Of a stretch of 28,846 nucleotides of DNA, positions 1 to 9,914 are shown piece by piece (the first letter of the stretch is position 1; every line of letters begins with the position of its first letter). This stretch comes from a virus (Duplodnaviria; Caudoviricetes), in IMG/VR virus record IMGVR_UViG_3300035183_000941, positions 1 to 28,846 of that record; one strand, given 5' to 3'. A program made the translations under genes and the position numbers. Under the pieces are notes generated by a model. It saw only the letters and a program-made list of their open reading frames with translations, was not told the origin of the DNA and did no database searches.

Positions 1-99
1 AAGGGAGGTCTAAAGGGAGGTCTAAAGGGAGGTCTAAAGGGAGGTCTAAAGGGAGGTCTAAAGGGAGGTCTAAAGGGAGGTCTAAAGGGAGGTCTAAAG
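1..99. repeat. Perfect 12-bp tandem repeat (AAGGGAGGTCTA) x8 plus a partial unit, truncated by the window start
   Basis: Read directly; identical units, no spacers. Confidence 0.95.
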
Positions 100-248
100 A
101 TAACGTGAATACTATATGTAATAGGGGGGATTAGGAGTTGGTAGAATGTGAGAGTGAACTGGAGTGTACATGAGCATAGAGCTATTGTTTACTTTTTTCT
201 TCGTTGTCTTTGTGGCGTATTGCATAGATATTTGTCATGACAATTGGC

Positions 249-277
249 TTGACAAAAGACCTAAACCTTAGTATTTT
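249..277 (+). promoter_or_regulatory. sigma70-type promoter
   Basis: TTGACA (249-254), 17 bp, TATTTT (272-277) in intergenic DNA. Confidence 0.55.
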
Positions 278-353
278 CAATATGATATTATCAAAAAGAA
301 TTAATGGTGTAGTCTTGGGAAAATGCTTACACTACGGGTCTTGGTGGTATTGA

Positions 354-362
354 TGATAAAAT
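354..362 (+). promoter_or_regulatory. TGnTAAAAT extended -10 motif
   Basis: TGATAAAAT upstream of ATG 396; motif recurs before many + strand genes. Confidence 0.6.
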
Positions 363-395
363 ACGGTATCACCTTAAGATTATTAAGGTTTATAA

Positions 396-1250
396 ATGAC
401 AAGACCCAAAATAGATGATAAAAACAGTAAAACCGGTTTGGTTGGTATTGGGCCTATCCCAGGTAAGGCTCCTGTAGCTTCATTCAACCTATCAGGTATA
501 GAGAATTTACTCGAGACTAAATCGTTTACTGCTTATCATTATAAGCATGCACCAAATCCCGATCGTAACTCTTTGACTGGACCTGTTAATCCCACTGAGC
601 AGGTAGCACATCGAGGGGTTAGATATTATTCAGTACGTCCATTAGGCGTAGTACCCACATCATTTAAGCTTGAGGAGAGACTTCAGGTTCAAGGGATATG
701 GGGAATGGGTACGGTTATCTTCAATGTCACTGGTCAGTATTTTGATGATGGTCCTGAGAAGACTGTTTATATTCGTGAGCGTGACATAATAGTATTGAAT
801 CCGTCGATAACCACAATGACGCAGCAGCTTTTTGAATTCAACCCAACTGGTCCACAGAGACTCAATTACAAAATCAAGGGTGTGGACTATTTGGCAGATG
901 ACACCAACATCTACCAAGAGGGTAGGGATTTTCAGATCCTGAATGGGGAGATTGTCTGGACCACGACTGGATTTAGACCAAAGTTTGTAAATGGTAAACC
1001 GGCTGTGTTAACTTGTGTTTATTACATAACACCGATATATATTGTGCAAAATTTGCCACACTCTCTGAGAGTGCTTCCGAATAATGCTTCAGGCCATGGA
1101 GCTTTAACTAGAGAAGCTGCCTATGCTCCTCAGCTTGTTATTGCTAAACCTAGTACACTTATGGAAGAACAGAATCTTTTGAATCTTTGGGACCTACCCC
1201 CATTCCCTGATTACGCTGCAAGTTCTAATACGACTGGAGATAATGTGTGA
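396..1250 (+). CDS. Putative head-closure/neck protein (SPO1/Twort-like)
   Basis: 284 aa; C-terminal GRDFQI..W....P...Y...P.Y.V...H.LR pattern recalled from myovirus head-completion proteins; neighbours are neck genes. Confidence 0.55.
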   Translation: MTRPKIDDKNSKTGLVGIGPIPGKAPVASFNLSGIENLLETKSFTAYHYKHAPNPDRNSLTGPVNPTEQVAHRGVRYYSVRPLGVVPTSFKLEERLQVQGIWGMGTVIFNVTGQYFDDGPEKTVYIRERDIIVLNPSITTMTQQLFEFNPTGPQRLNYKIKGVDYLADDTNIYQEGRDFQILNGEIVWTTTGFRPKFVNGKPAVLTCVYYITPIYIVQNLPHSLRVLPNNASGHGALTREAAYAPQLVIAKPSTLMEEQNLLNLWDLPPFPDYAASSNTTGDNV

Positions 1251-1483
1251 AAGAGTGGCTGTGGAAGAAAATTCTATGGCTGATTGAACCGTTTTTGGAT
1301 AAGAGTTCGGACGAGTTCTTGGATAACTATCACAGTAGACTTAGCAAGGAAGATAAGATTATAATTTGGACTTATGCTGGCAAGCTCTTTAGGCGTATAG
1401 GTAGGAAGAGTTTTGCAGAATACAAAAAAGACATGATTAAGTGTCATTATTTTAAGAGGTTTCCTTTCGATGAACGAAAGTAA
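1247..1483 (+). CDS. Hypothetical protein
   Basis: 78 aa; GTGA overlap with upstream stop; fills the gap to the next gene. Confidence 0.5.
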   Translation: MKEWLWKKILWLIEPFLDKSSDEFLDNYHSRLSKEDKIIIWTYAGKLFRRIGRKSFAEYKKDMIKCHYFKRFPFDERK

Positions 1484-2402
1484 AAAACAACCAGATGAAG
1501 GCAAAGAGCTTAAAAGACTTCTCGATGCTCATATTGAGGTAGCAAAAGCAAGACTCGGTAGGACTCCTACGTTGGAGGATCTGCAGAAGATGCTTACGGT
1601 GACCCATGAGGCGTCTGCAAATCAGACTCCTGTCGCCGCAGAGAAGCCGCAAGGTGGTGAGCCTAAGCAAGAAGTGAAATCGCCTGAAGGGGCCACTACG
1701 GAGCTTTCAGAAGGTCTTCAAAAAGATGAAGACAAAGAACCCTCGATTCTTTCCATGAAGGTTTACTATGGTCTCGGTGTTGGTCAGGATGGTGCTGAAA
1801 AGAAGCCTGATCCAAACAAGATTCTTTTCTATGAGACTTCTGATGGTCGGGCTTATGACACCAACCAGAATCAATGGTGCGATCAGAGGCCTGCCGTTTT
1901 GGACCATCTTCCTTGTAGACCGATTCAGTTCAATGAGCGGGATATCGTGGCAGCTATTGCTCACGGTGTTATGGAAGATGGTGATTTTGACGCACTAGAT
2001 AAAGCTCAGATGATTTCTGAGACACCAAGAAAGCTCTGGAACCTTAAGAAAAAACTGATGAGTCAGGTTGAAGAGCTCGAGAAGTCGCTAATGATTGAGC
2101 CTGAGGAGTCAAAGGAAGAGGTTGACTCGGATTTATTGCCCGGCGAAGACCCTAATAAGGGTGATGATTTTGTTAGTAAATTCAAAGAATTGGCCGGCGT
2201 TGGTGGATACCAAATTGATGCTAATACGCAGGAGTTGCCCGGTGATGATGTGCTATCTCAGATCATTAAGGCTGCAACCGCCGAAGCTTTAACTGGGATG
2301 GAAGATATGATCAGGGCGATCGTTCGTGATGAGCTCGGACTATCTCAACTGCAAGGTGAGGTGGATCAGAGTGATGAAACCACGATCGAAGAAATTACTT
2401 GA
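1470..2402 (+). CDS. Acidic hypothetical protein, possible prohead core component
   Basis: 310 aa ORF followed by a terminator; contains LQKD/LDKA/LEKS motifs. Confidence 0.7.
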   Translation: MNESKKQPDEGKELKRLLDAHIEVAKARLGRTPTLEDLQKMLTVTHEASANQTPVAAEKPQGGEPKQEVKSPEGATTELSEGLQKDEDKEPSILSMKVYYGLGVGQDGAEKKPDPNKILFYETSDGRAYDTNQNQWCDQRPAVLDHLPCRPIQFNERDIVAAIAHGVMEDGDFDALDKAQMISETPRKLWNLKKKLMSQVEELEKSLMIEPEESKEEVDSDLLPGEDPNKGDDFVSKFKELAGVGGYQIDANTQELPGDDVLSQIIKAATAEALTGMEDMIRAIVRDELGLSQLQGEVDQSDETTIEEIT

Positions 2403-2454
2403 CTACGATCTTGAGAGCTGGTATTATCTTACTAACTCGCACCCCTTTTGACTC

Positions 2455-2495
2455 ACCCCACAGAGGCTTAACCCCTGTCTCTGTGGGGTCTTTTT
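2455..2495 (+). terminator. Intrinsic terminator
   Basis: ACCCCACAGAG / CTCTGTGGGGT stem followed by a T run. Confidence 0.8.
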
Positions 2496-2576
2496 GTGTG
2501 TTATTGCACAAAATCCTGAATCCGCCAAGTTAATGCACAGTCAATAATATTACATATTTACACTGAAATTCTCAAA

Positions 2577-2585
2577 TGTTAAAAT
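2577..2585 (+). promoter_or_regulatory. TGnTAAAAT extended -10 motif
   Basis: TGTTAAAAT just upstream of GAGG RBS and ATG 2603. Confidence 0.6.
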
Positions 2586-2602
2586 GGCGTTGAGGTTTTT
2601 GT

Positions 2603-3358
2603 ATGTCAGATGATATTCAAAAATTAGTAGAGTTTATGCAGGGTTATGCTCGGGCGGTATCGTCTGGGGTTAATGCATTCGCCAAGGCTTTGCCTGTTTT
2701 GATCAACCAAGACATCAAAAACCGTGCCAATAAGAAGCTAGACACAACCAAAGCCGATTTTCTATCGGCTGTTTCGGTCAAACTCAATGGGTATGTACTT
2801 GTTGTTGAGCTCGACAAAGATAATTGGGTAGCTAATGCTGTAGAGAGTGGTGTAGGTCAGTTTGACATGAAGCAGGGGCTCCTTTCTAGTCCAAAAGCTA
2901 AGAGAAGCGAAAAGGGTTACCGTTATATGTTTGTGCCGATCGGCAAGAAAAAAGACGGGAAGCCTGCTGATAACGACAAGAGCAGAGAATACCAAAAGAG
3001 AATCAATGAAGTCTTGACTAAGCCTTTGTTTGGTAATAGTGTGATGTCATGGCATCAAGATGGTAGGGTATTTGAACGTCAAGAGGTCTTGACTAACGAC
3101 CCACTGGTAAAAGGGCTTTACAGGACTAGGCAGTGGGAAAGCGCTAAGCAGTTATTTTCTGGAGGTATGAAGCCGGCGTGGCAATACGTGCTATTTCGGA
3201 CTGTTTCTGATAATCCGTTGTCAAAAGCAGATTGGAAGCACCCAGGGATTCAGCCGGTTCACATCTTTAGAGATACGGAACAATGGCTCAACAGCAATGC
3301 CGAGAATCTTTTGGTTTCGTTTATTGAAGACCAAATGAAAGCAATCAACCTTAAGTGA
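2603..3358 (+). CDS. Putative neck protein (SPO1/Twort-like)
   Basis: FDMKQGLLSSPKAK...RYMFVPI and YVLFRTVSDN...WKHPG motifs typical of this family. Confidence 0.65.
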   Translation: MSDDIQKLVEFMQGYARAVSSGVNAFAKALPVLINQDIKNRANKKLDTTKADFLSAVSVKLNGYVLVVELDKDNWVANAVESGVGQFDMKQGLLSSPKAKRSEKGYRYMFVPIGKKKDGKPADNDKSREYQKRINEVLTKPLFGNSVMSWHQDGRVFERQEVLTNDPLVKGLYRTRQWESAKQLFSGGMKPAWQYVLFRTVSDNPLSKADWKHPGIQPVHIFRDTEQWLNSNAENLLVSFIEDQMKAINLK

Positions 3359-3364
3359 GTCAAT

Positions 3365-4285
3365 ATGGCATTTGGAATTTGTGACCTAATTACTGCCGAG
3401 GTTATCAAAGATGGGCTCCAGCACCTCTCTAGGAATCCAAAGCACATTGAACACATTCTTGGTGTGTTTTGCTCAAACGACCTTGTTTTGAGGAATGTTG
3501 GCGGTGATTATCTGGCGCAATGCGTAGAGTACATTATGAACAACCGCGTCGAGGTTGGTCCGTATTATGCGATAGATGTGAAGCGCAGACCATCCGTGTC
3601 TATCATATGCTCAGGTAGCGAGGAGGCTCAGTTTCTTGGCGATTATGGATATGAGACCGACCTTCGTGTCAATATGCCGGCGGTTGTCTATGCTCAGTGG
3701 GATGCCGCATCGATCAGTAAAGACACCATGGTTGTTACCGCCGATTACAAGTTAGAGCAGAGATTGTGGCCTGGAATGTTTATCTCTAATGGGCAGCATA
3801 CGGTCAAGTTGACTGGTATTCTCAAGAAAGACGGAACTCCAACCACACTGTTTGTTGAGCCCGAGTTGCCTGATGGTGTCAGGCTGACTGGGTGGACTGC
3901 GAAATCCTCAGAGAAGGGTAGGGGTGCTGTTGTGTCGGCCTCTATGGATGACGTTACTGTTCAGTGCAAATTGACCACCAATGGCGACTTTTCGATTCAC
4001 CGCCTCCTCTCGATCGTTATCCGGTATTGCCTTAAGCGCGGAAGGTTGATCTTTGATAAATATGGAATGCAAACTCCGACTTTTTCCTATACGCCTCCGA
4101 TGCTTACGGATCAAGATGAGCATGAGTTTGAGTCTGTTTATACAATAAATGCAAAATTTACAGATACTTGGATCGAAAAAGAATTCGATCTGCAGGATTC
4201 GGCAGCCAATATTGTCGTCAATTTGTGTGTTGTACCGGTTGACCCCGCCAATTCGACGGTTGAGATATCAGGGGTGACAAAATGA
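3365..4285 (+). CDS. Putative tail terminator/tail completion protein
   Basis: 306 aa; directly follows the neck gene; RPSVSI...EEAQFLGD pattern; function inferred from synteny. Confidence 0.5.
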   Translation: MAFGICDLITAEVIKDGLQHLSRNPKHIEHILGVFCSNDLVLRNVGGDYLAQCVEYIMNNRVEVGPYYAIDVKRRPSVSIICSGSEEAQFLGDYGYETDLRVNMPAVVYAQWDAASISKDTMVVTADYKLEQRLWPGMFISNGQHTVKLTGILKKDGTPTTLFVEPELPDGVRLTGWTAKSSEKGRGAVVSASMDDVTVQCKLTTNGDFSIHRLLSIVIRYCLKRGRLIFDKYGMQTPTFSYTPPMLTDQDEHEFESVYTINAKFTDTWIEKEFDLQDSAANIVVNLCVVPVDPANSTVEISGVTK

Positions 4286-4304
4286 CCCAGTTTATAGAAA
4301 AAGG

Positions 4305-4589
4305 ATGAAAAAGGAAGTCGTGGAAATTATTGTTAAAGTGGGTGGTAAAGTTGTTGATGTGATTGAGTTTTTTGCTGAGTCGGTTCTTGTGCAGGAACCC
4401 ACCTCAAAGGAGGTCTTTTCGATCTCCTATAACGACCTTGATCTGATTGATGACTCTGTGTATAATAAAATAGATATGACGAGCAATGTAATCTCCTTGA
4501 GATGGTGGAAATCATGTCGCGCAAAAAGAAAAAACAAACAATCGAGTCAGTTACGGAAACCATGGCTTCTGAATCCGGCGAAGCCGTAG
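4305..4589 (+). CDS. Hypothetical protein
   Basis: 94 aa; 3' end overlaps the next ORF. Confidence 0.5.
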   Translation: MKKEVVEIIVKVGGKVVDVIEFFAESVLVQEPTSKEVFSISYNDLDLIDDSVYNKIDMTSNVISLRWWKSCRAKRKNKQSSQLRKPWLLNPAKP

Positions 4590-4801
4590 TTGACCTTGAA
4601 GATTCCCCAACAGAAGATCAACCATCTCCTGACCAAGAACTTATTCACCTTTCGGATGCAGCGCGTCGCTTTGCTAAAGGATTCAAGGAACATTGGATCC
4701 CAGGTATTTTGTCGCATGCTCAATCCAAGAATCTACCACTTTACGCCACTAAAGAAGAATGCAAACATATTCTTCGGATGTGGGGTGCCACGGTAGACTA
4801 A
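4514..4801 (+). CDS. Hypothetical protein
   Basis: Start chosen at ATG 4514 (GGTGG RBS); basic N-terminus, acidic linker, small C-terminal domain. Confidence 0.6.
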   Translation: MSRKKKKQTIESVTETMASESGEAVVDLEDSPTEDQPSPDQELIHLSDAARRFAKGFKEHWIPGILSHAQSKNLPLYATKEECKHILRMWGATVD

Positions 4802-4903
4802 TTCACCCCATTAAATTCTAAGTTAGGCCATGCGTTTTTTCGCAATGTGCCTAATTGTGTCTTTATTTTTAGTAACTTACGCCACTTGGCTAAGTGATCG
4901 GAA

Positions 4904-4912
4904 TGATAAAAT
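4904..4912 (+). promoter_or_regulatory. TGnTAAAAT extended -10 motif
   Basis: TGATAAAAT upstream of the zinc-ribbon/nrdB/nrdA operon. Confidence 0.55.
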
Positions 4913-4943
4913 ACTCTTGTTGTTCAGTTGCAGGAGTTTAGCC

Positions 4944-5246
4944 ATGAGTAGCTCAGCTGAAGAGAGCAGATACATCAAGGACCTGAAAAAGCAAATCATT
5001 AAACTGAAAAGAGAGAATGCTCAACTTAAGAAGAAAAACTCCAGGATTGAGAATGATTTTGCAGATTATGAGTCTTTCTTAGAAGAAAAAGAGCGTCAGA
5101 AGTTCGCTAAACAAAACCATTCCATGGAATCAAAAAAAAAGGCAGAGTGTCCAAGTTGTGGCGGTCGAGATGTGGTTGAGTTCGAGGTGATGGATAGGAT
5201 GTACTATAAGTGCTCTGAATGTGGTTCTAAGGGGAAGTTTAAATAA
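4944..5246 (+). CDS. Coiled-coil plus C-terminal zinc-ribbon protein
   Basis: AGGAG RBS before ATG 4944; CPSC...CSEC. Confidence 0.75.
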   Translation: MSSSAEESRYIKDLKKQIIKLKRENAQLKKKNSRIENDFADYESFLEEKERQKFAKQNHSMESKKKAECPSCGGRDVVEFEVMDRMYYKCSECGSKGKFK

Positions 5247-5260
5247 AAGAAGGTTAGACA

Positions 5261-6220
5261 ATGTTATTGACGCCACGAGTCACTTATGCGCCTTTTGAAT
5301 ACGAAGAGGCTTACACATACTGGGAGAAACAGCAACAGTCACACTGGCTTCATACTGAACTTCAGCTGAATGCTGATGTGAATGACTGGAAAATTCACGC
5401 GACTGATTCAGAGCGCAAAGTTATAGGTCACATCCTAAAAGGTTTTGCGCAATCTGAGATATTTATTGGCGAGTACTGGTCTGGGTGTGTCACGAAGTGG
5501 TTCAAGAAGCCAGAAATCCAAATGATGGCCATGGCCTTCTCTTCGTTTGAGACTATTCATACTGTAAGCTACGCCTTCCTTAATCAAACCTTGGGTCTTG
5601 AAGATTTCTCTGCCTTTATGACAGACCCAAGCACCAAAGCAAAAATCGACAGGTTGATGGCGACTAAGGGTAAATCAAAAGAAGATATCGCCCGCTCACT
5701 CGCCATTTTTTCTGCCTTCAATGAAGGAGTCAGCCTTTTTTCGTCTTTTGCGATCCTCCTTAATTTCAAAAGATTTAATAAATTCAAAGGTATAGGTACG
5801 ATCATAGAGTGGTCTGTGAGAGATGAATCCCTTCACTCTGAGGCAGGGTGTTGGCTTTTCCGTCAATTTATTAAAGAGTATCCTGATATTTGGGTTGACG
5901 ATCTCAAGAAGGATATCTATGAGGCTGCCAGATTGACGGTTCAACTTGAAGATGATTACATCGATCAGGCTTTTTCTGGTGGCGGTATTGAAGGTATAGA
6001 TCCTCACGACCTGAAGCAGTATATGCGATATAGAGCTAATACCAAATTGACGGACCTCACATTAAAGAAAAACTGGAAAAACATCGACATGGAATCGGTA
6101 TCCAGGATAACGTCTTGGTTCGAGCCCATGACGAGTGGGACGCAGCATACTGACTTTTTTAGTGTCAGGTCTACAAATTACTCCAAAGGTAATTTAACTT
6201 TCGAGAATATTTGGGATTAA
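5261..6220 (+). CDS. nrdB: Class I ribonucleotide reductase beta subunit
   Basis: W..TE, ETIH...Y, EG.SLFSSF, RDESLH and C-terminal DFF..R...Y motifs. Confidence 0.95.
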   Translation: MLLTPRVTYAPFEYEEAYTYWEKQQQSHWLHTELQLNADVNDWKIHATDSERKVIGHILKGFAQSEIFIGEYWSGCVTKWFKKPEIQMMAMAFSSFETIHTVSYAFLNQTLGLEDFSAFMTDPSTKAKIDRLMATKGKSKEDIARSLAIFSAFNEGVSLFSSFAILLNFKRFNKFKGIGTIIEWSVRDESLHSEAGCWLFRQFIKEYPDIWVDDLKKDIYEAARLTVQLEDDYIDQAFSGGGIEGIDPHDLKQYMRYRANTKLTDLTLKKNWKNIDMESVSRITSWFEPMTSGTQHTDFFSVRSTNYSKGNLTFENIWD

Positions 6221-6225
6221 ACAAA

Positions 6226-7920
6226 ATGAGCTTAGAAAAACTCAAAGCCAGCGGCGAAGCCCCACAGTGGATGACCGAAGTAGGTTTCACTACACTTTCA
6301 AAGGGTTATCTTCTTAAGGGCGAAACTCCAAAGAGTATGTATAAGAGGGTATCGAGAGCTGCGGCCAACAGACTGAACAAGCCTGAGCTCGAGCCTAAGT
6401 TTTTTGACATTATTTGGAAAAACTGGCTATGCCTTGCTTCACCTGTTGCCTCGAATATGGGTACTGAGAGAGGTCTTCCGGTCTCGTGCAACTCCATACA
6501 TGTAGGTGATAGTCTTGATAGCATCCTGATGAAAAATTATGAATTAGGTATGTTGTCTAAGTATGGTGCTGGCGTTGGCGTCTACCTTGGAGATCTTCGT
6601 GGCAGAGGTTCGGCGGTTAATGGCACTGGCGGCACATCTGATGGCGTTGTGAGTTGGGCAAAAATCTATGACAGTACAATCGCTTCTGTCAGTCAAGGAG
6701 CGACTAGGAGGGGTGCCGCTGCGGTATACCTTCCAGTCAATCACCCAGATATTCAAGAGTTTCTGCAAATTAGGAAACCGACTGGCGACATTAATAAGAG
6801 ATGTATGAATCTTCATCATGGAGTTTGCATCGATGATGAATTCATGAACTCTATCGTAAATGGTCATCAGGGAAACAGGAAGGTGCACGGCCAATTGTTG
6901 GCAGCACGTTTTGAGACAGGTGAGCCATACTTTTTCTTCTCTGATAATGTCGAAAGGCAAAAACCTGAATGCTATAGAGTTCACAATCTTAAAATCAAAA
7001 CATCGAATATCTGCAATGAGATCTACCTCTATACAGATCCGGATCACACCTTTGTGTGCTGTCTGTCATCCATGAACCTAGCTCGATGGGATGAGTGGAA
7101 AGATACCGACGCAGTCCAACTAGCTGTGTGGTTTTTGGATGCAGTTATGGAAGAGTATATTCAAAAAGCCAAGAATATGCGCGGATTCGAGTCTTCGGTT
7201 AGATTTGCTCAGAAGTCCAGGGCTATTGGCCTTGGTGCACTTGGTTGGCACTCCCTGTTGCAGGAGTTGAGGCTTCCTTTTGATTGCCTTCAGTCGAGCA
7301 TCTTAAATAATCTGATCTTTAAGAGAATTCACTCTGAAACAGAAAAAGCCACAAAGGCATTAGCCGAGGAGTATGGTGAGCCTGAGTGGTGCAAGGGGTT
7401 TGGTAGGCGTAATTCTCACTGTGTCGCTTTGGCACCCACGGTGTCCAACTCCCTTATATCTGGTGGCTTGTCCCCCGGAATAGAGCCGATCGCTGCAAAT
7501 GTATACGTACAGAACTCAGCAAAGGGCACTTTTATCGTTAAAAACCCACACTTAGAGCGCTTCCTTGTCGAAAAAAATATGGACACTCCAGAGGTTTGGT
7601 CTCAGATCAACAAAGATGCCGGATCGGTTCTTGGCGTTAAGGGGTTGTCTAAGGAAGAAAAGGATATATTCCTCACGGCTCGTGAGATCAATCAGTTTGC
7701 TATTGTCCGTCAAGCAGGGCAGAGACAAAAATGGATCGATCAGGGGCAGTCTGTCAATTTATTCTTTGGTGCGAATAGCGATCCCAAGTATGTTCATGAA
7801 GTCCACCTGGAAGCATGGAAGGTTGGGTTGAAGGGATTGTATTATTGCCGCACCGAGAGTGTTCTTCGCGCCGATTTGGCATCGCGATCGGCATCCGAAT
7901 GCGTTGCTTGCGAGGCTTGA
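6226..7920 (+). CDS. nrdA: Class I ribonucleotide reductase alpha subunit (short, no ATP cone evident)
   Basis: LPVSC, SNICNEI, CCLSS.NL, LAPT, DQGQSVN, KGLYYCR and terminal CVAC motifs. Confidence 0.96.
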   Translation: MSLEKLKASGEAPQWMTEVGFTTLSKGYLLKGETPKSMYKRVSRAAANRLNKPELEPKFFDIIWKNWLCLASPVASNMGTERGLPVSCNSIHVGDSLDSILMKNYELGMLSKYGAGVGVYLGDLRGRGSAVNGTGGTSDGVVSWAKIYDSTIASVSQGATRRGAAAVYLPVNHPDIQEFLQIRKPTGDINKRCMNLHHGVCIDDEFMNSIVNGHQGNRKVHGQLLAARFETGEPYFFFSDNVERQKPECYRVHNLKIKTSNICNEIYLYTDPDHTFVCCLSSMNLARWDEWKDTDAVQLAVWFLDAVMEEYIQKAKNMRGFESSVRFAQKSRAIGLGALGWHSLLQELRLPFDCLQSSILNNLIFKRIHSETEKATKALAEEYGEPEWCKGFGRRNSHCVALAPTVSNSLISGGLSPGIEPIAANVYVQNSAKGTFIVKNPHLERFLVEKNMDTPEVWSQINKDAGSVLGVKGLSKEEKDIFLTAREINQFAIVRQAGQRQKWIDQGQSVNLFFGANSDPKYVHEVHLEAWKVGLKGLYYCRTESVLRADLASRSASECVACEA

Positions 7921-7974
7921 TAAGCAGCTAAAAACACTAAGTTTTTGTTTGGATCGACAGGCCTTATCTGATTT

Positions 7975-8018
7975 TGCTATAATTGGTTGACATCTACTCG
8001 GCTTTTCTGTGGTAAAAT
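7975..8018 (+). promoter_or_regulatory. Two extended -10 elements
   Basis: TGCTATAAT (7975-7983) and TGGTAAAAT (8010-8018). Confidence 0.6.
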
Positions 8019-8058
8019 AGCCATGTTAACGACGTCTGTAACCTTTGGAGAGACGAAA

Positions 8059-8538
8059 ATGTCCTTGAGCGCTAAAGCCAGGCAATTATTGAACTTATTT
8101 TCTCAGTCTCAGCCAGCCCTTCAAGATAAAGACAAGCCAGCTGGTGCAGCCACGATTTTCCTTGGCGACACCCTGGAAGCTCTTTCTTCTCAAGAAGTGG
8201 TTGAAGCTACTTATGATTTCAGCAAGTTGGGTGGAGCTGTAGGCGCTCTTACCTTGGGCTTGAGCTTGCCAAAGGGTGCAATCGTTACCCAACTTTGGAC
8301 CGACGCTCAAACCGCTATGACGTCTGGCGGATCGGCTACTGTCGCTCTGTCGGCTGGTGCTGAAGTACTTAAGGCAGCCACGGCTTTTGATGATGCCTCT
8401 TATATTGGCGTTGATCAACACCTGTCTGCTCCAATCAAATTGGCAACCGGTGGACAATTGACTTTGACTATCGCTGCTGCCGCTTTGACTGCTGGTAAGC
8501 TTCGGATATGCTTGGCTTATCTTAAGCCTGCTAAATAA
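8059..8538 (+). CDS. Putative capsid decoration/cement-type virion protein
   Basis: GGAG RBS before ATG 8059; Ala/Gly/Thr-rich beta pattern LPKGAIV...TAMTSGGSATV...AGKLRI. Confidence 0.55.
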   Translation: MSLSAKARQLLNLFSQSQPALQDKDKPAGAATIFLGDTLEALSSQEVVEATYDFSKLGGAVGALTLGLSLPKGAIVTQLWTDAQTAMTSGGSATVALSAGAEVLKAATAFDDASYIGVDQHLSAPIKLATGGQLTLTIAAAALTAGKLRICLAYLKPAK

Positions 8539-8580
8539 ACGCTTTGGGGATAAATTCCTAATCTTATTGGAGATTTTATA

Positions 8581-9105
8581 ATGTCTAGTCCACGAGTACA
8601 AAAGATTTTTGAAGGAATGCCAGATCAGCTGAAGCGTTTGGGCGGGTATACGTTCAAACTTGCTGATGCTATCGTTTGGCAAGGTCGCGTTACTGCCGGT
8701 ACACATGTAGGCAAAGACGCATGCGTTTTGGATTTGACCTCACATACTTGGGCTGCGGGCAACCTTCGCGCAATTATCGTTGCAACCCCTGCTTCTGATA
8801 AAGGCAACACCGCTGCAATGAAAACCCAGAGCCACGCTTCGGGCGTATTCCTTGACGGTAGCGTAAGGCTGGCTGTTTATATGGAAACCCCAGCGGCCTG
8901 GACTGATGCTCAAGCTGCGTTTACTCGTCAACTTCAGCAACACATCGTTGGTCAGCTGGCTTGCCCATGCGAATTCTACTTCGGCACTAACGGCGTTGAA
9001 CCAACCGTTCAGGGCGTAAACGGCGCTGGTGCTGACTCTGCCGGTCTTACATCTGCCGGTATGCTGTTGCCTTACGGTGGCGTGGCTTACCCAGGCGGAA
9101 TCTAA
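8581..9105 (+). CDS. Hypothetical, probable virion protein
   Basis: 174 aa; GGAG RBS; codon usage like the capsid gene. Confidence 0.7.
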   Translation: MSSPRVQKIFEGMPDQLKRLGGYTFKLADAIVWQGRVTAGTHVGKDACVLDLTSHTWAAGNLRAIIVATPASDKGNTAAMKTQSHASGVFLDGSVRLAVYMETPAAWTDAQAAFTRQLQQHIVGQLACPCEFYFGTNGVEPTVQGVNGAGADSAGLTSAGMLLPYGGVAYPGGI

Positions 9106-9131
9106 CAAACAAGAAAGACTAGGAGTTTACA

Positions 9132-9878
9132 ATGGAAATCAACGAACTGTACGCAAATGTGCAGGCAACTATGGCAGAGATCAACGAACTCCTAGCCAAG
9201 TCTATGCCTATGCACAAAGACGATGACACTGATGCACCTGAAGCAGTCTCTCCTAAGCAAGAAGCCTCAGCTCCAGAAGGTCTGGAAGATCAAGCTGATC
9301 AAGAGGCTACATCTGAATCTTCTGAAGCTGAAGACGCTGAAGATCAGGATGACGAGATGGCTGAGCTTGCCGCTCACGCTAAATCCCTGTCTGACGAAGA
9401 ATTGGATCAAATGATTCAGCTTCTAATGCAAGAAAAATACTCTCGTGACGCTGCTCAGGCTCCTGCGGCTGAAGGGGCTCCTGCTTCAGTACCTGCTGAA
9501 GACGAGGCTCAAAAAGCCATGAAAGAAGAGTATGCCAAAATGCATAAGTCGATGTCTGTTGTGATCGAGTCCTTGGAGAAGCTGACTAAGGAAGTTGAAG
9601 CAATCAAGGTCAAGCCCGCCGTTAAGCCTGCTGTTCAAAAAGCTGTTGTTACCAACAGCCAGCAAGTGATGCAGAAGTCCGGTTCTGCTTCTGCCAAGAC
9701 TGTTAAGCGTCTTAGCAAAAGCGAAACCGAAAGCTTCCTTCTTGGCCGTATGCGTCAAAAAGACCCTAACGTCACCGTCCGCACCATGATCGATCTTGGC
9801 TATGTTAGTAACGACGCTGAGCTGGCTTCTTTCCAAGATCACTTGGCTAAGCAAGGTGTTGAGTTTCCTAAGTTCTAA
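9132..9878 (+). CDS. Scaffold-like prohead protein
   Basis: AGGAG RBS; acidic, helical/coiled-coil; repeated xxK-S/A motifs. Confidence 0.6.
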   Translation: MEINELYANVQATMAEINELLAKSMPMHKDDDTDAPEAVSPKQEASAPEGLEDQADQEATSESSEAEDAEDQDDEMAELAAHAKSLSDEELDQMIQLLMQEKYSRDAAQAPAAEGAPASVPAEDEAQKAMKEEYAKMHKSMSVVIESLEKLTKEVEAIKVKPAVKPAVQKAVVTNSQQVMQKSGSASAKTVKRLSKSETESFLLGRMRQKDPNVTVRTMIDLGYVSNDAELASFQDHLAKQGVEFPKF

Positions 9879-9914
9879 GCCCTCCGTGTGTTCCTAAAGA
9901 ACACCTTTAAGCTT

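Noticed and set aside
1-99. CRISPR array
   Set aside because: Units are contiguous and identical with no spacers
4514-4589. Programmed frameshift or functional overlap between ORFs 4305 and 4514
   Set aside because: An A-rich tract is present, but the downstream ORF has its own RBS and the overlapping tail looks like run-on
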